A DNA stretch of 34,477 bases from a virus (taxonomy: Duplodnaviria > Heunggongvirae > Uroviricota > Caudoviricetes), in the IMG/VR virus record IMGVR_UViG_2667527818_000007, one strand, 5' to 3'. Below, in pieces: positions 18,657-27,962 of the stretch. The first letter of the stretch is position 1, and every line of letters begins with the position of its first letter. The notes under the pieces are model-generated. The model was not told the DNA's origin. It did no database searches and was given only the letters and a program-made list of their open reading frames with translations. The position numbers and the translations under genes were made by a program.

Positions 18657-19179
18657 TTCGCGACTGCTGCCGACCGGCTCATCACCGCTTGAAGTTGCCG
18701 CCGCAAAAGCCTGTGCGGAAATTGAAAAAACACCGGTCAGTATTCGTGAGCTGTGGAACCCGGACACCTGCCCGGCAAATCTGCTGCCGTGGCTGGCGTG
18801 GGCGTTTTCGGTCGACAGGTGGGATGAAAAGTGGCCGGAAGCGACAAAACGCGCCGTTATCCGCGATGCCTATTTCATCCACTGTCATAAGGGCACGATA
18901 GGTGCAATCCGGCGTGTGGTGGAGCCGCTCGGCTATCTCATCAACGTGACGGAGTGGTGGGAAAACAGTGACCCGCCCGGCACCTTCCGGCTTGATATTG
19001 GTGTACTGGAAAGCGGTATCACAGAGGCAATGTATCAGGAAATGGAACGGCTGATTGCCGATGCCAAACCTGCAAGCCGCCACCTTATTGGCCTGAACAT
19101 TACCCGGGACATTCCCGGCTACCTGTTCGCCGGTGGTGTGGCTTACGACGGCGATGTAATTACGGTTTACCCCGGATAA
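18649..19179 (+). CDS. I: baseplate/tail protein gpI (176 aa)
   Basis: Length and order as in P2. Confidence 0.85.
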   Translation: MSDSRLLPTGSSPLEVAAAKACAEIEKTPVSIRELWNPDTCPANLLPWLAWAFSVDRWDEKWPEATKRAVIRDAYFIHCHKGTIGAIRRVVEPLGYLINVTEWWENSDPPGTFRLDIGVLESGITEAMYQEMERLIADAKPASRHLIGLNITRDIPGYLFAGGVAYDGDVITVYPG

Positions 19180-19189
19180 GTGAGGAATA

Positions 19190-21508
19190 ATGAGCACAAA
19201 ATTCAGAACCGTTATCACCACTGCCGGTGCAGCAAAGCTGGCAGCGGCAACCGCACCGGGAGGGCGGAAGGTCAACATTACCACGATGGCCGTCGGGGAT
19301 GGCGGTGGTAAATTGCCTGTCCCGGATGCCGGACAGACCGGGCTTATCCACGAAGTCTGGCGACATGCGCTGAACAAAATCAGCCAGGACAAACGAAACA
19401 GTAATTATATTATCGCAGAGCTGGTTATTCCGCCGGAGGTGGGCGGTTTCTGGATGCGTGAGCTTGGCCTGTACGATGATGCAGGAACGTTAATTGCCGT
19501 GGCGAACATGGCCGAAAGTTATAAGCCTGCCCTTGCCGAAGGCTCAGGGCGTTCGCAGACCTGCCGCATGGTCATCATCGTCAGCAGTGTGGCCTCAGTG
19601 GAGCTGACTATTGACACCACAACGGTGATGGCAACGCAGGATTACGTTGATGACAAAATTGCAGAGCACGAACAGTCACGACGTCACCCGGACGCCTCTC
19701 TGACCGCAAAAGGTTTTACTCAGCTAAGCAGCGCGACCAACAGCACGTCTGAAACACTGGCCGCAACGCCGAAAGCGGTAAAGGCCGCCTATGACCTTGC
19801 TAACGGGAAATATACTGCGCAGGATGCCACCACGGCGCGAAAAGGCCTTGTTCAGCTCAGTAGTGCGACTAACAGCACGTCTGAAACGCTCGCCGCAACA
19901 CCAAAAGCGGTAAAAGCAGCGTATGACCTTGCTAACGGGAAATATACCGCACAGGACGCCACCACAGCGCGAAAAGGCCTTGTCCAGCTCAGTAGTGCCA
20001 CCAACAGCGATTCTGAAACGCTTGCGGCAACGCCAAAGGCGGTTAAGACAGCGTATGACCTTGCTAACGGGAAATACACTGCACAGGATGCCACCACGGC
20101 GCGGAAAGGCCTTGTCCAGCTCAGTAGTGCCATCAACAGCGATTCTGAGACGCTGGCTGCAACACCAAAAGCGGTGAAGTCTGCCTATGACAATGCTGAA
20201 AAACGTCTTCAGAAAGATCAGAATGGTGCGGATATTCCGGGAAAGGATACCTTCACGAAAAATATCGGTGCCTGTCGTGCTTATAGCGGCGCTTTGAGCA
20301 CTGAAGCCGGAAACTGGACAACCGCTCAGTTTATTGAATGGCTGGATTCCCGTGGTGCATTTAATCATCCGTACTGGATGTGCAAAGGCTCCTGGTCATA
20401 TGCAAATAACAAAATCATTACGGATACCGGATGTGGTGATATCCACCTGGCTGGTTGTGTCGTCGAGGTCATGGGAACAAAATCTGCAATCACTATTCGA
20501 GTGACCACGCCGACAACATCAAGCGGTGGCGGTACAACCAGCGCGCAATTCACTTACATTAATCATGGGGACGGCTACTCCCCCGGCTGGCGTCGTGACT
20601 GGAATCGTCAGGGCGACGCAATGACCGGAACGATTAATCAGGATGGCGGAAGCCAGAATGCCTATATGTCTACGGCCTTATGTTCAGGCACCAGAGGCGG
20701 CAAAAAATATCTCAGAAAGTTTCGTGGTGGAGAAGGAGACACTATCTGGCATGAAACAGTGCAGGGCGGGGTAATTCGCTGGGCGACAGGAAACTATGAC
20801 GCTCAGGAAGAATTATCACTCAGCTCCGCTTATGGTCTCCGTTCTAGAGGTGAAATTACATCACTCAGTGCTAATGGTCTGCGCATTGCTTATGGCAATT
20901 ATGGATTCTTTATCAGGAATGATGGTGGCAGCACATATTTAATGCTGACGGCCTCTGGTGATAAATTTGGGACATGGAACGGTTTAAGGCCGCTGACTAT
21001 CAATAACGCTAATGGCGGAGTGTCAATGGGGCATGGCCTGAGTGTTACTGGTGATATTGCCTCAAGTACCAAAGTACGTGCCGGTAGCGGGAAAAAGTTC
21101 ACGGTCAGCAGCAGAAATACATCCACGAAGGAAGCCGCATTCAATTTGTGGGGAAACTCAAGTCGTCCTGTGGTGGCTGAATTAGGTGATGATGCAGGCT
21201 GGCATTTTTACAGTCAGAGAAATACAGATAACAGCATCACTTTTGCTGTTAACGGGCAGGTATCACCATCTAACTATAGTAATTTTGATTCACGCTATGT
21301 CCGGGATATCCGGCTTGGTGGTGCTGCCACATACAAACCTGCGAACAATGGCATGACATGGACACATCAGGCACCGTCCGGGTGTGTATATTCCGGCATT
21401 ATTGTTCAGGATACCGGCTCAAACTCTGCCGATAACATTGGTGGCATATATTACAGACCGGTGCAGAAATACATTAACGGGACATGGTATAACGTGGCGC
21501 AGGTATAA
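19190..21508 (+). CDS. H: tail fiber protein gpH (772 aa) with internal tandem repeats
   Basis: Conserved N-terminus, then about 3.6 tandem copies of a 41-aa unit and a variable C-terminal receptor-binding region; followed by G. Confidence 0.85.
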   Translation: MSTKFRTVITTAGAAKLAAATAPGGRKVNITTMAVGDGGGKLPVPDAGQTGLIHEVWRHALNKISQDKRNSNYIIAELVIPPEVGGFWMRELGLYDDAGTLIAVANMAESYKPALAEGSGRSQTCRMVIIVSSVASVELTIDTTTVMATQDYVDDKIAEHEQSRRHPDASLTAKGFTQLSSATNSTSETLAATPKAVKAAYDLANGKYTAQDATTARKGLVQLSSATNSTSETLAATPKAVKAAYDLANGKYTAQDATTARKGLVQLSSATNSDSETLAATPKAVKTAYDLANGKYTAQDATTARKGLVQLSSAINSDSETLAATPKAVKSAYDNAEKRLQKDQNGADIPGKDTFTKNIGACRAYSGALSTEAGNWTTAQFIEWLDSRGAFNHPYWMCKGSWSYANNKIITDTGCGDIHLAGCVVEVMGTKSAITIRVTTPTTSSGGGTTSAQFTYINHGDGYSPGWRRDWNRQGDAMTGTINQDGGSQNAYMSTALCSGTRGGKKYLRKFRGGEGDTIWHETVQGGVIRWATGNYDAQEELSLSSAYGLRSRGEITSLSANGLRIAYGNYGFFIRNDGGSTYLMLTASGDKFGTWNGLRPLTINNANGGVSMGHGLSVTGDIASSTKVRAGSGKKFTVSSRNTSTKEAAFNLWGNSSRPVVAELGDDAGWHFYSQRNTDNSITFAVNGQVSPSNYSNFDSRYVRDIRLGGAATYKPANNGMTWTHQAPSGCVYSGIIVQDTGSNSADNIGGIYYRPVQKYINGTWYNVAQV
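19718..20190 (+). repeat. about 3.6 tandem copies of a 123-nt (41-aa) repeat inside H
   Basis: LSSATNS(T/D)SETLAATPKAVKAAYDLANGKYTAQDATTARKGLVQ repeated; nucleotide copies differ mainly at synonymous positions. Confidence 0.85.
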
Positions 21509-21511
21509 TTT

Positions 21512-22036
21512 ATGCAGCATTTGATAAATATAACGGCGGGTAATCCAAAAACAGTTGAACAATATCAATTGACAAAGGGCTTTGATGTTGTCTGGTTTTT
21601 TACAGAAGATGGTAAGAACTGGTACGAAGAACAAAAGTATTTTGCTGATGACACGATAAAAATAGCGTACGACAAAGATAATATTATCCGCTATGTGGAA
21701 AAGGATGTGACAGCTATCAGGCCGGATGGATTAAGTGTTGTTGAAGTGCCGGATATTACTGCTAACCGACGGGCGGACATTTCAGGGGGCTGGATGTTTA
21801 AGGACGGCAAAGTGATTAAACGCATTTATACGGCAGAGGAATTACAACAGCAGGCAGAAATTCGGAAAGCCAGACTTCTTGCAGATGCTGAATCCGTGAT
21901 TTTGCCACTGGAGCGCGCTGTCAGGCTGAATATGGCAACAGATGAGGAGCGCAGCCGACTGGAAGCATGGGAACGCTACAGCGTTCTGGTCAGTCGTGTG
22001 GATCCTACAAATCCTGAATGGCCTGAAATGCCGTAA
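21512..22036 (+). CDS. G: tail fiber assembly chaperone gpG (174 aa)
   Basis: Immediately downstream of H; length close to P2 G. Confidence 0.8.
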   Translation: MQHLINITAGNPKTVEQYQLTKGFDVVWFFTEDGKNWYEEQKYFADDTIKIAYDKDNIIRYVEKDVTAIRPDGLSVVEVPDITANRRADISGGWMFKDGKVIKRIYTAEELQQQAEIRKARLLADAESVILPLERAVRLNMATDEERSRLEAWERYSVLVSRVDPTNPEWPEMP

Positions 22037-22261
22037 TAAGTTGTATGAGCTTACATATCTATGGCACAGAGTAAATCCTAATCTGACAGTCCGCTCTGTG
22101 CCAGCTGCGGAAGTTTATAATATGTTTATGGAGTTTGGTGTAAAATCAATTAACTAATTGATTTATATTGATTTTGTTGTGGGGGGTAGCAAAGCATTGT
22201 TTTCAATGCAATATACAGATGAGTAAATTTTACTGCCTAATCTAATAGAGTGTAAGCCACA

Positions 22262-22302
22262 CATAAAAATTAACTATGGCTGATCATTATACAATCAGCC
22301 AT
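22262..22302 (-). terminator. probable intrinsic terminator of the 451-aa cargo gene
   Basis: 9-bp stem atggctgat/atcagccat (22276..22302) followed on the minus strand by a T-rich run, about 10 nt after the stop codon. Confidence 0.5.
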
Positions 22303-22311
22303 AGCTGAGAG

Positions 22312-23667
22312 CTATTTGTCACTAGCCATATCTTTCTTGCATTTTGGACATGGCACCAACATATCTTCTTTCACCAAGTAATAATATGGAATTATTATGC
22401 TATAACCCTGACAAGTTATATGTTCATATGCGATCGTTGGTGTCATATCTTCTTTATCATCGGATTCTATCGGAACCTCCCTAAACATTAATTCAGGTAG
22501 TGGTAAATCCTCTGGGTTATATAATGTCACCATCAATGGTTGTCTTTGGTATGCTTCCTCATTATTTGGAGTTTGACCTGAAGCCAAGTCGATTAACTTA
22601 ACCATATTAATCTGTTCATTGCTAACACAATAATTTACTAATGTATTTAAAGCTTTCTCTTTGAATAAACGATGATATGGACCGTGTGCTTTACAGTTAA
22701 TTAACTCATTAAACATGCCAAAATTAAATTCGTAAGAATAATCTCCAGCAGTTAAAGGTAGTCTATAATAATCACTTATATTTACATTCCCTTTTTGAGT
22801 ATTATTCAACAATGTAATCATTAAATTGTGGAAGTTAACTAAGGAACAACCATCACGATCAGGAAAGCCATGTACAATCATGTCAGTTGCATTAATCATC
22901 CTATCTGAATTATGACTCAGATATTCATTGTTGTTACCAAATAAAAAATAGCCTTTATTTAATATGAAAACTGCATTTGGTAGTAATTTTGTTTCATTAC
23001 TCTGGATTTCTTCCTTAAGAGCAGATACTATATCATCCCAGTGCATTTCTGTTTCATAAGCAAAAACAACTCCAAACCCTGCGAGTGATTTGTTATTTAT
23101 ATAAAATCCATGGTCATTCTTTTTTCTTTGTAGTTTTTTATATGATGCAATGTTTTTTATGGCGCTGCTTAATTCTTTCCTGGTAAGGTTTGATTTTACT
23201 TGAATAACTCCATATACATTTTCAGAAGGGTAAACATCATATATTTCGTTACGCTGCATTAGCACATATCCATCATCTGCATCATATAATGCGATGTCAA
23301 TCTCGTTGCTAAGATGTCCTGTAGCAGCAGCAACTCTTACGCTTCTTGAAGATACAGCATAACGCCCTGGGAATAAACCGCTTAATTTCAAGAAGTTTTT
23401 TAGTATATTTTCTCGAGCATTGCCTAAGTCTCTTGGATGGGATATATCCCTCGTTTTCTCGTATTCAAATTCAATATTTTTTTGAAAGTAATTCAGTTCT
23501 CTGATAATGCCATGAAAATCTCGTTCTTTACTACGAATATCGTTCACATGTTTATTTAAATTTGAAAAATACTCACGTATATTCATTTCCTTTTTATCAA
23601 ACTCTGCACGTCGTTCTTTTTCAGCTTTTGTTATCCGAACTTTCCTAGTTTTTTGTTGCTTAGTCAT
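22312..23667 (-). CDS. hypothetical protein (451 aa), partner of the SIR2-like gene; possible nuclease-like core
   Basis: Intact AT-rich ORF in the G-FI hotspot; charged Lys/Arg/Glu-rich N-terminus; weak PD-(D/E)xK-like pattern (IDIALYD...GVIQVKS, aa about 124-158); C-terminal Cys cluster (...CQGY...CPKC). Function not established. Confidence 0.55.
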   Translation of the reverse strand: MTKQQKTRKVRITKAEKERRAEFDKKEMNIREYFSNLNKHVNDIRSKERDFHGIIRELNYFQKNIEFEYEKTRDISHPRDLGNARENILKNFLKLSGLFPGRYAVSSRSVRVAAATGHLSNEIDIALYDADDGYVLMQRNEIYDVYPSENVYGVIQVKSNLTRKELSSAIKNIASYKKLQRKKNDHGFYINNKSLAGFGVVFAYETEMHWDDIVSALKEEIQSNETKLLPNAVFILNKGYFLFGNNNEYLSHNSDRMINATDMIVHGFPDRDGCSLVNFHNLMITLLNNTQKGNVNISDYYRLPLTAGDYSYEFNFGMFNELINCKAHGPYHRLFKEKALNTLVNYCVSNEQINMVKLIDLASGQTPNNEEAYQRQPLMVTLYNPEDLPLPELMFREVPIESDDKEDMTPTIAYEHITCQGYSIIIPYYYLVKEDMLVPCPKCKKDMASDK

Positions 23668-24141
23668 TATATATTAACCCTATTAATAAGCGTATAAGTA
23701 AAGAAGATCGTATCATATCAAATACTATCAAATTCTGAGAGCAGTTTTTATAATAGTCAATCATATAGAAAGTAAAATCCTCGTGCTCAGCCTAAATATC
23801 TGCGCCGAATATCACTACATTTTTCCAGACCACTCTTCCCCTAACCTCCGCTCCTTGCTCAGCGCGGACCTTCTGTCCAGTGAGGTAGTCCGCTACGAGC
23901 AAGAAGTGGACCATGTTGTACTAATTATTAGAGAGTAAATCATTATGTATCGGATTGAATCTTGACTCACAGGTGGCACAATGTTTTCATATTGTAATTT
24001 GTGTATATATGCAGATGGTTACAGTTTCAACTATGTTTTTGTAATTTTAAAAATAGAATTTATTGTTTGTTTATTGATGTGTTTGTATTAAAGAATTCAT
24101 TTTATAGCCCTCTATAGAGGGCTCTACAAAGATAGTCAGTA

Positions 24142-25656
24142 TTATTGTGACGAGTACCGTTTAAAATCATATAAGCTAACAAGTCTTTTATAATCTGAGG
24201 ATGATATTTCAAGGGTAACTCCTTCCCTCAAATATCCTTCGATATTATCAAGGTCAATATTGTTTACATATGTGTTGTAAAAAATAACTCGAACGAGTTT
24301 GTACGGTTTGAATCCGAGGGAAATGATTTCATCCACTGTGTCGCAGTTAATTCTTTCAGATTCATCAATAGAATTAAAATAGGTGGTAAGATTTGTTTCC
24401 TGATTATTTTTAAGTTGCTCAATATTTTGTATTTCATTACATATTGTGGAAAATCCATGCGCTGTAAAATACTGTGTTCGGGTTACTTTTATTTTATTTA
24501 ATAGCATGATTAGCGCATCATTTTTGGAGTCCATGATTTCAAAATAATTCATAACCATTTCGGATGCTGATTGATAATGGTAAGTTATTTTCTGCACAGA
24601 TCCAACAGCCATGACTAGTTCGTCATTAGCTAAGTTATCTAAATCACCAACTATTTTCACTTTAACAGTACCGCCTTCTTTTATTTTTCTCATTACTCCT
24701 TCAACCTTTCTAATATCCATAGATGATACTGGAAGTTTAAGGTTTATTAACCCCTCGAAAATCCCTTGAAAATTATCGGTTTTAATCTTGTTGATTTTAA
24801 TATTACCAATATTTTCGATAACCACATCATGTTCAAGCACTTCAAGGGAGTTGTTGTCTGCGTCTCGTTCAATAAGCAGAAAATTCTTTCTAACCTTATC
24901 GGCTAAATCGGAATCTTTAGGAATATAAGAAAAAATAGTTTTCAGAATCTCTCTGATATTCTCATCGCTTATGCTATAGCCGATAAATATAATAGGATTG
25001 TGAATGAATAAAGAAATGAGCTGGGCTCTAATTAAGTGATTATTGATTTTAAATCTTTCATAATCGGAATCTGAAATCACAATAGATTCAGGATGTGAAA
25101 CACAACCGTGTATTTTATATACAGATCCGTAAGGGTTACTTAGCAGAATATCATTCCCAATGATTGGATTAAACCCAATCAATGTCTCAATGAATCTATC
25201 ATAATTCGTTGTAATAACTGAGCCTATATTTCGACTTGCTTTTGCAAATAATTCCATTTCTGTTGCATACTTATCATCATCATTTATTTGATGTAGATCT
25301 ACAAGTTCAGATATAAATATTTTCATGCGACTGGCAGAGTAGTTTCCTGAAGCAGCATACTCGTAGTATTTGTCATTTATTCTTTTAAACTTACCGTTCC
25401 TATCAGCTTCTAATAATCTATTGAACTCTGTTTCAATTTCGCTAGCTACTTTTGGTAGATCAATTTCACCTAAAGAATTAGCGTTCCTGCCTGCGGAGTC
25501 AAAATAAAAGTCATGACTCCCTTTCATTTCGTAAACAATCTTTTTTAGAAGTTCTGACCATGAGTAAGTGCCTACCAGGTATCTCCGGCTAAACCCTGCA
25601 CCAACAAACACTACTGGATGGTTTACATAAGATTCCATGAATTCACTAATATTCAT
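24142..25656 (-). CDS. SIR2-like (sirtuin-fold) protein (504 aa) with an uncharacterised C-terminal domain; candidate NAD+-consuming defence effector
   Basis: Sirtuin-family signature order in the N-terminal half: VFVGAGFS (GAGxS, aa 19-23), TTNYD (aa 149-153), KIHG (aa 181-184). The C-terminal half of about 250 aa is not Gly-rich and not recognised. SD ggagaagg upstream of the ATG. Confidence 0.7.
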   Translation of the reverse strand: MNISEFMESYVNHPVVFVGAGFSRRYLVGTYSWSELLKKIVYEMKGSHDFYFDSAGRNANSLGEIDLPKVASEIETEFNRLLEADRNGKFKRINDKYYEYAASGNYSASRMKIFISELVDLHQINDDDKYATEMELFAKASRNIGSVITTNYDRFIETLIGFNPIIGNDILLSNPYGSVYKIHGCVSHPESIVISDSDYERFKINNHLIRAQLISLFIHNPIIFIGYSISDENIREILKTIFSYIPKDSDLADKVRKNFLLIERDADNNSLEVLEHDVVIENIGNIKINKIKTDNFQGIFEGLINLKLPVSSMDIRKVEGVMRKIKEGGTVKVKIVGDLDNLANDELVMAVGSVQKITYHYQSASEMVMNYFEIMDSKNDALIMLLNKIKVTRTQYFTAHGFSTICNEIQNIEQLKNNQETNLTTYFNSIDESERINCDTVDEIISLGFKPYKLVRVIFYNTYVNNIDLDNIEGYLREGVTLEISSSDYKRLVSLYDFKRYSSQ

Positions 25657-26118
25657 TTATCCTTCTCCATAACAGGAATATTTATAGCTGATAAAGCATA
25701 CAGCATCTTTGATGAAGATGCCTTCAATTTTGTTCACTCATCATCCTATTCTACCTGTTTCATGACACAACAAGCCCAGAACAGCAGTATGTATGCCATT
25801 GGGGGAGCATATGGATTCAATTAAGTTACGGTCAGAATATCTTACATTCATCCAAAGTGAGGCAATATATATAATTTAGCAAATTAACATTGTCACCACT
25901 GCCAGTTAGGGTTATGGGAATAAACAAGGCCTACAGGGATTCTTAGCAACTGTACCCACAGATCGTTGATAATAATCCTCTCAGTTGATTATTTTTCCTC
26001 AGATCACTGAGAAATACAGGCTATTTCCGCTTTACGCTCAAAGCAGACTGTCAGATTTGTTAGCGTTTGGGCTATGTAAATTGTCAGTTGGAAAATGAGT
26101 GAGTGCAAATCATGACAG

Positions 26119-26144
26119 GCAGGCGGATTACCCGCCTTTTCTTT
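26119..26144 (+). terminator. putative plus-strand intrinsic terminator upstream of the FI late promoter
   Basis: aggcgg-attac-ccgcct followed by ttttcttt; short GC stem plus U-run. Confidence 0.35.
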
Positions 26145-26240
26145 GTCTGTTGTTTCATCCACTGACCAGCTAGGTCAAATAGCGTCTCATGCACTGCACA
26201 ACAGAAAATAGTTGCACCCATTAACCACGGAGTTAAACGG

Positions 26241-27431
26241 ATGAGTGACTATCATCATGGCGTGCAGGTGCTGGAGATTAACGACGGCACCCGCGTCATT
26301 TCCACCGTATCCACCGCCATTGTCGGCATGGTCTGCACGGCCAGCGATGCGGATGCGGAAACCTTCCCCCTCAATAAACCGGTGCTGATTACCAATGTGC
26401 AGAGCGCAATTGCAAAGGCCGGTAAAAAAGGCACGCTGGCGGCATCGTTGCAGGCTATCGCTGACCAGTCAAAACCGGTCACCGTTGTCGTGCGTGTGGA
26501 AGACGGCAGCGGCGACGACGAGGAAACGAAACTCGCGCAGACCGTTTCCAATATCATCGGCACCACCGACGAAAACGGTCAGTACACCGGACTGAAAGCC
26601 CTGCTGGCGGCGGAGTCGGTAACCGGTGTTAAACCGCGCATTCTCGGTGTGCCGGGACTGGACACCAAAGAGGTTGCCGTCGCACTGGCATCAGTCTGTC
26701 AGAAGCTGCGCGCTTTCGGGTATATCAGCGCATGGGGCTGTAAAACCATTTCCGAGGTGAAAGCCTACCGCCAGAATTTCAGCCAGCGTGAGCTGATGGT
26801 CATCTGGCCGGATTTCCTCGCATGGGATACGGTCACCAGTACCACCGCCACCGCGTATGCCACCGCCCGTGCGCTGGGTCTGCGCGCTAAAATCGACCAG
26901 GAGCAGGGCTGGCATAAAACGCTGTCCAATGTCGGGGTGAACGGTGTTACCGGCATCAGCGCCTCTGTATTCTGGGATTTGCAGGAGTCCGGCACTGATG
27001 CTGACCTGCTTAACGAGTCAGGCATCACAACGCTGATTCGCCGCGACGGTTTCCGCTTCTGGGGTAACCGTACCTGCTCCGATGACCCGCTGTTCCTCTT
27101 TGAAAACTACACCCGCACCGCGCAGGTGCTGGCCGACACGATGGCTGAGGCGCACATGTGGGCGGTGGACAAGCCTATCACCGCAACGCTGATTCGCGAC
27201 ATCGTTGACGGCATCAATGCCAAATTCCGTGAGCTGAAAACAAACGGCTATATCGTGGATGCGACCTGCTGGTTCAGCGAAGAATCCAACGATGCGGAAA
27301 CCCTCAAGGCCGGAAAACTGTATATCGACTACGACTATACACCGGTGCCTCCTCTTGAAAACCTGACCCTGCGCCAGCGTATTACCGATAAATACCTGGC
27401 AAATCTGGTCACCTCGGTTAACAGCAATTAA
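26241..27431 (+). CDS. FI: tail sheath protein gpFI (396 aa)
   Basis: Same length and order as P2 FI. Confidence 0.9.
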   Translation: MSDYHHGVQVLEINDGTRVISTVSTAIVGMVCTASDADAETFPLNKPVLITNVQSAIAKAGKKGTLAASLQAIADQSKPVTVVVRVEDGSGDDEETKLAQTVSNIIGTTDENGQYTGLKALLAAESVTGVKPRILGVPGLDTKEVAVALASVCQKLRAFGYISAWGCKTISEVKAYRQNFSQRELMVIWPDFLAWDTVTSTTATAYATARALGLRAKIDQEQGWHKTLSNVGVNGVTGISASVFWDLQESGTDADLLNESGITTLIRRDGFRFWGNRTCSDDPLFLFENYTRTAQVLADTMAEAHMWAVDKPITATLIRDIVDGINAKFRELKTNGYIVDATCWFSEESNDAETLKAGKLYIDYDYTPVPPLENLTLRQRITDKYLANLVTSVNSN

Positions 27432-27443
27432 GGAGCCTGACCG

Positions 27444-27962
27444 ATGGCAATGCCGCGAAAACTCAAGTTAATGAACGTCTTTCTGAACGGCTACAGCTAT
27501 CAGGGCGTCGCGAAGTCCGTCACGCTGCCAAAACTGACCCGTAAGCTCGAAAACTATCGAGGTGCGGGGATGAACGGCAGCGCACCGGTAGACCTCGGCC
27601 TTGATGACGATGCGCTGTCAATGGAGTGGTCGCTCGGGGGCTTCCCGGATTCGGTTATCTGGGAGCTTTACGCCGCAACCGGTGTGGATGCCGTACCGAT
27701 TCGTTTTGCTGGCTCTTACCAGCGCGACGATACCGGCGAAACGGTGGCCGTCGAAGTGGTCATGCGTGGCCGTCAGAAAGAAATCGACACCGGCGAGGGT
27801 AAACAGGGAGAAGACACCGAGTCGAAAATCTCCGTGGTCTGCACTTATTTCCGGCTGACGATGGACGGTAAGGAGCTGGTCGAAATCGACACCATCAACA
27901 TGATTGAGAAGGTGAACGGCGTCGACCGGCTGGAGCAACACCGCCGCAATATCGGCCTGTGA
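27444..27962 (+). CDS. FII: tail tube protein gpFII (172 aa)
   Basis: Same length and order as P2 FII. Confidence 0.9.
   Translation: MAMPRKLKLMNVFLNGYSYQGVAKSVTLPKLTRKLENYRGAGMNGSAPVDLGLDDDALSMEWSLGGFPDSVIWELYAATGVDAVPIRFAGSYQRDDTGETVAVEVVMRGRQKEIDTGEGKQGEDTESKISVVCTYFRLTMDGKELVEIDTINMIEKVNGVDRLEQHRRNIGL

Noticed and set aside
19724-20368. Long ORFs on the opposite strand and alternative frame inside gene H (19724..20368 -, 19852..20136 -, 19923..20177 +)
   Set aside because: They lie entirely within the tandem-repeat block of H; repeats propagate open frames artificially. They have no SD and sit inside a well-supported structural gene.
25618-25824. 68-aa plus-strand ORF upstream of and overlapping the SIR2 gene start
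   Set aside because: It overlaps the SIR2 start codon and promoter region on the opposite strand, with no SD; more likely promoter DNA.
22037-26240. Cargo island as a retron, Thoeris or SIR2-HerA system
   Set aside because: No reverse-transcriptase motifs, no TIR-like protein and no Walker-A ATPase are visible in either protein or in the spacers, so these known architectures do not fit by inspection. A profile search is still needed to confirm.
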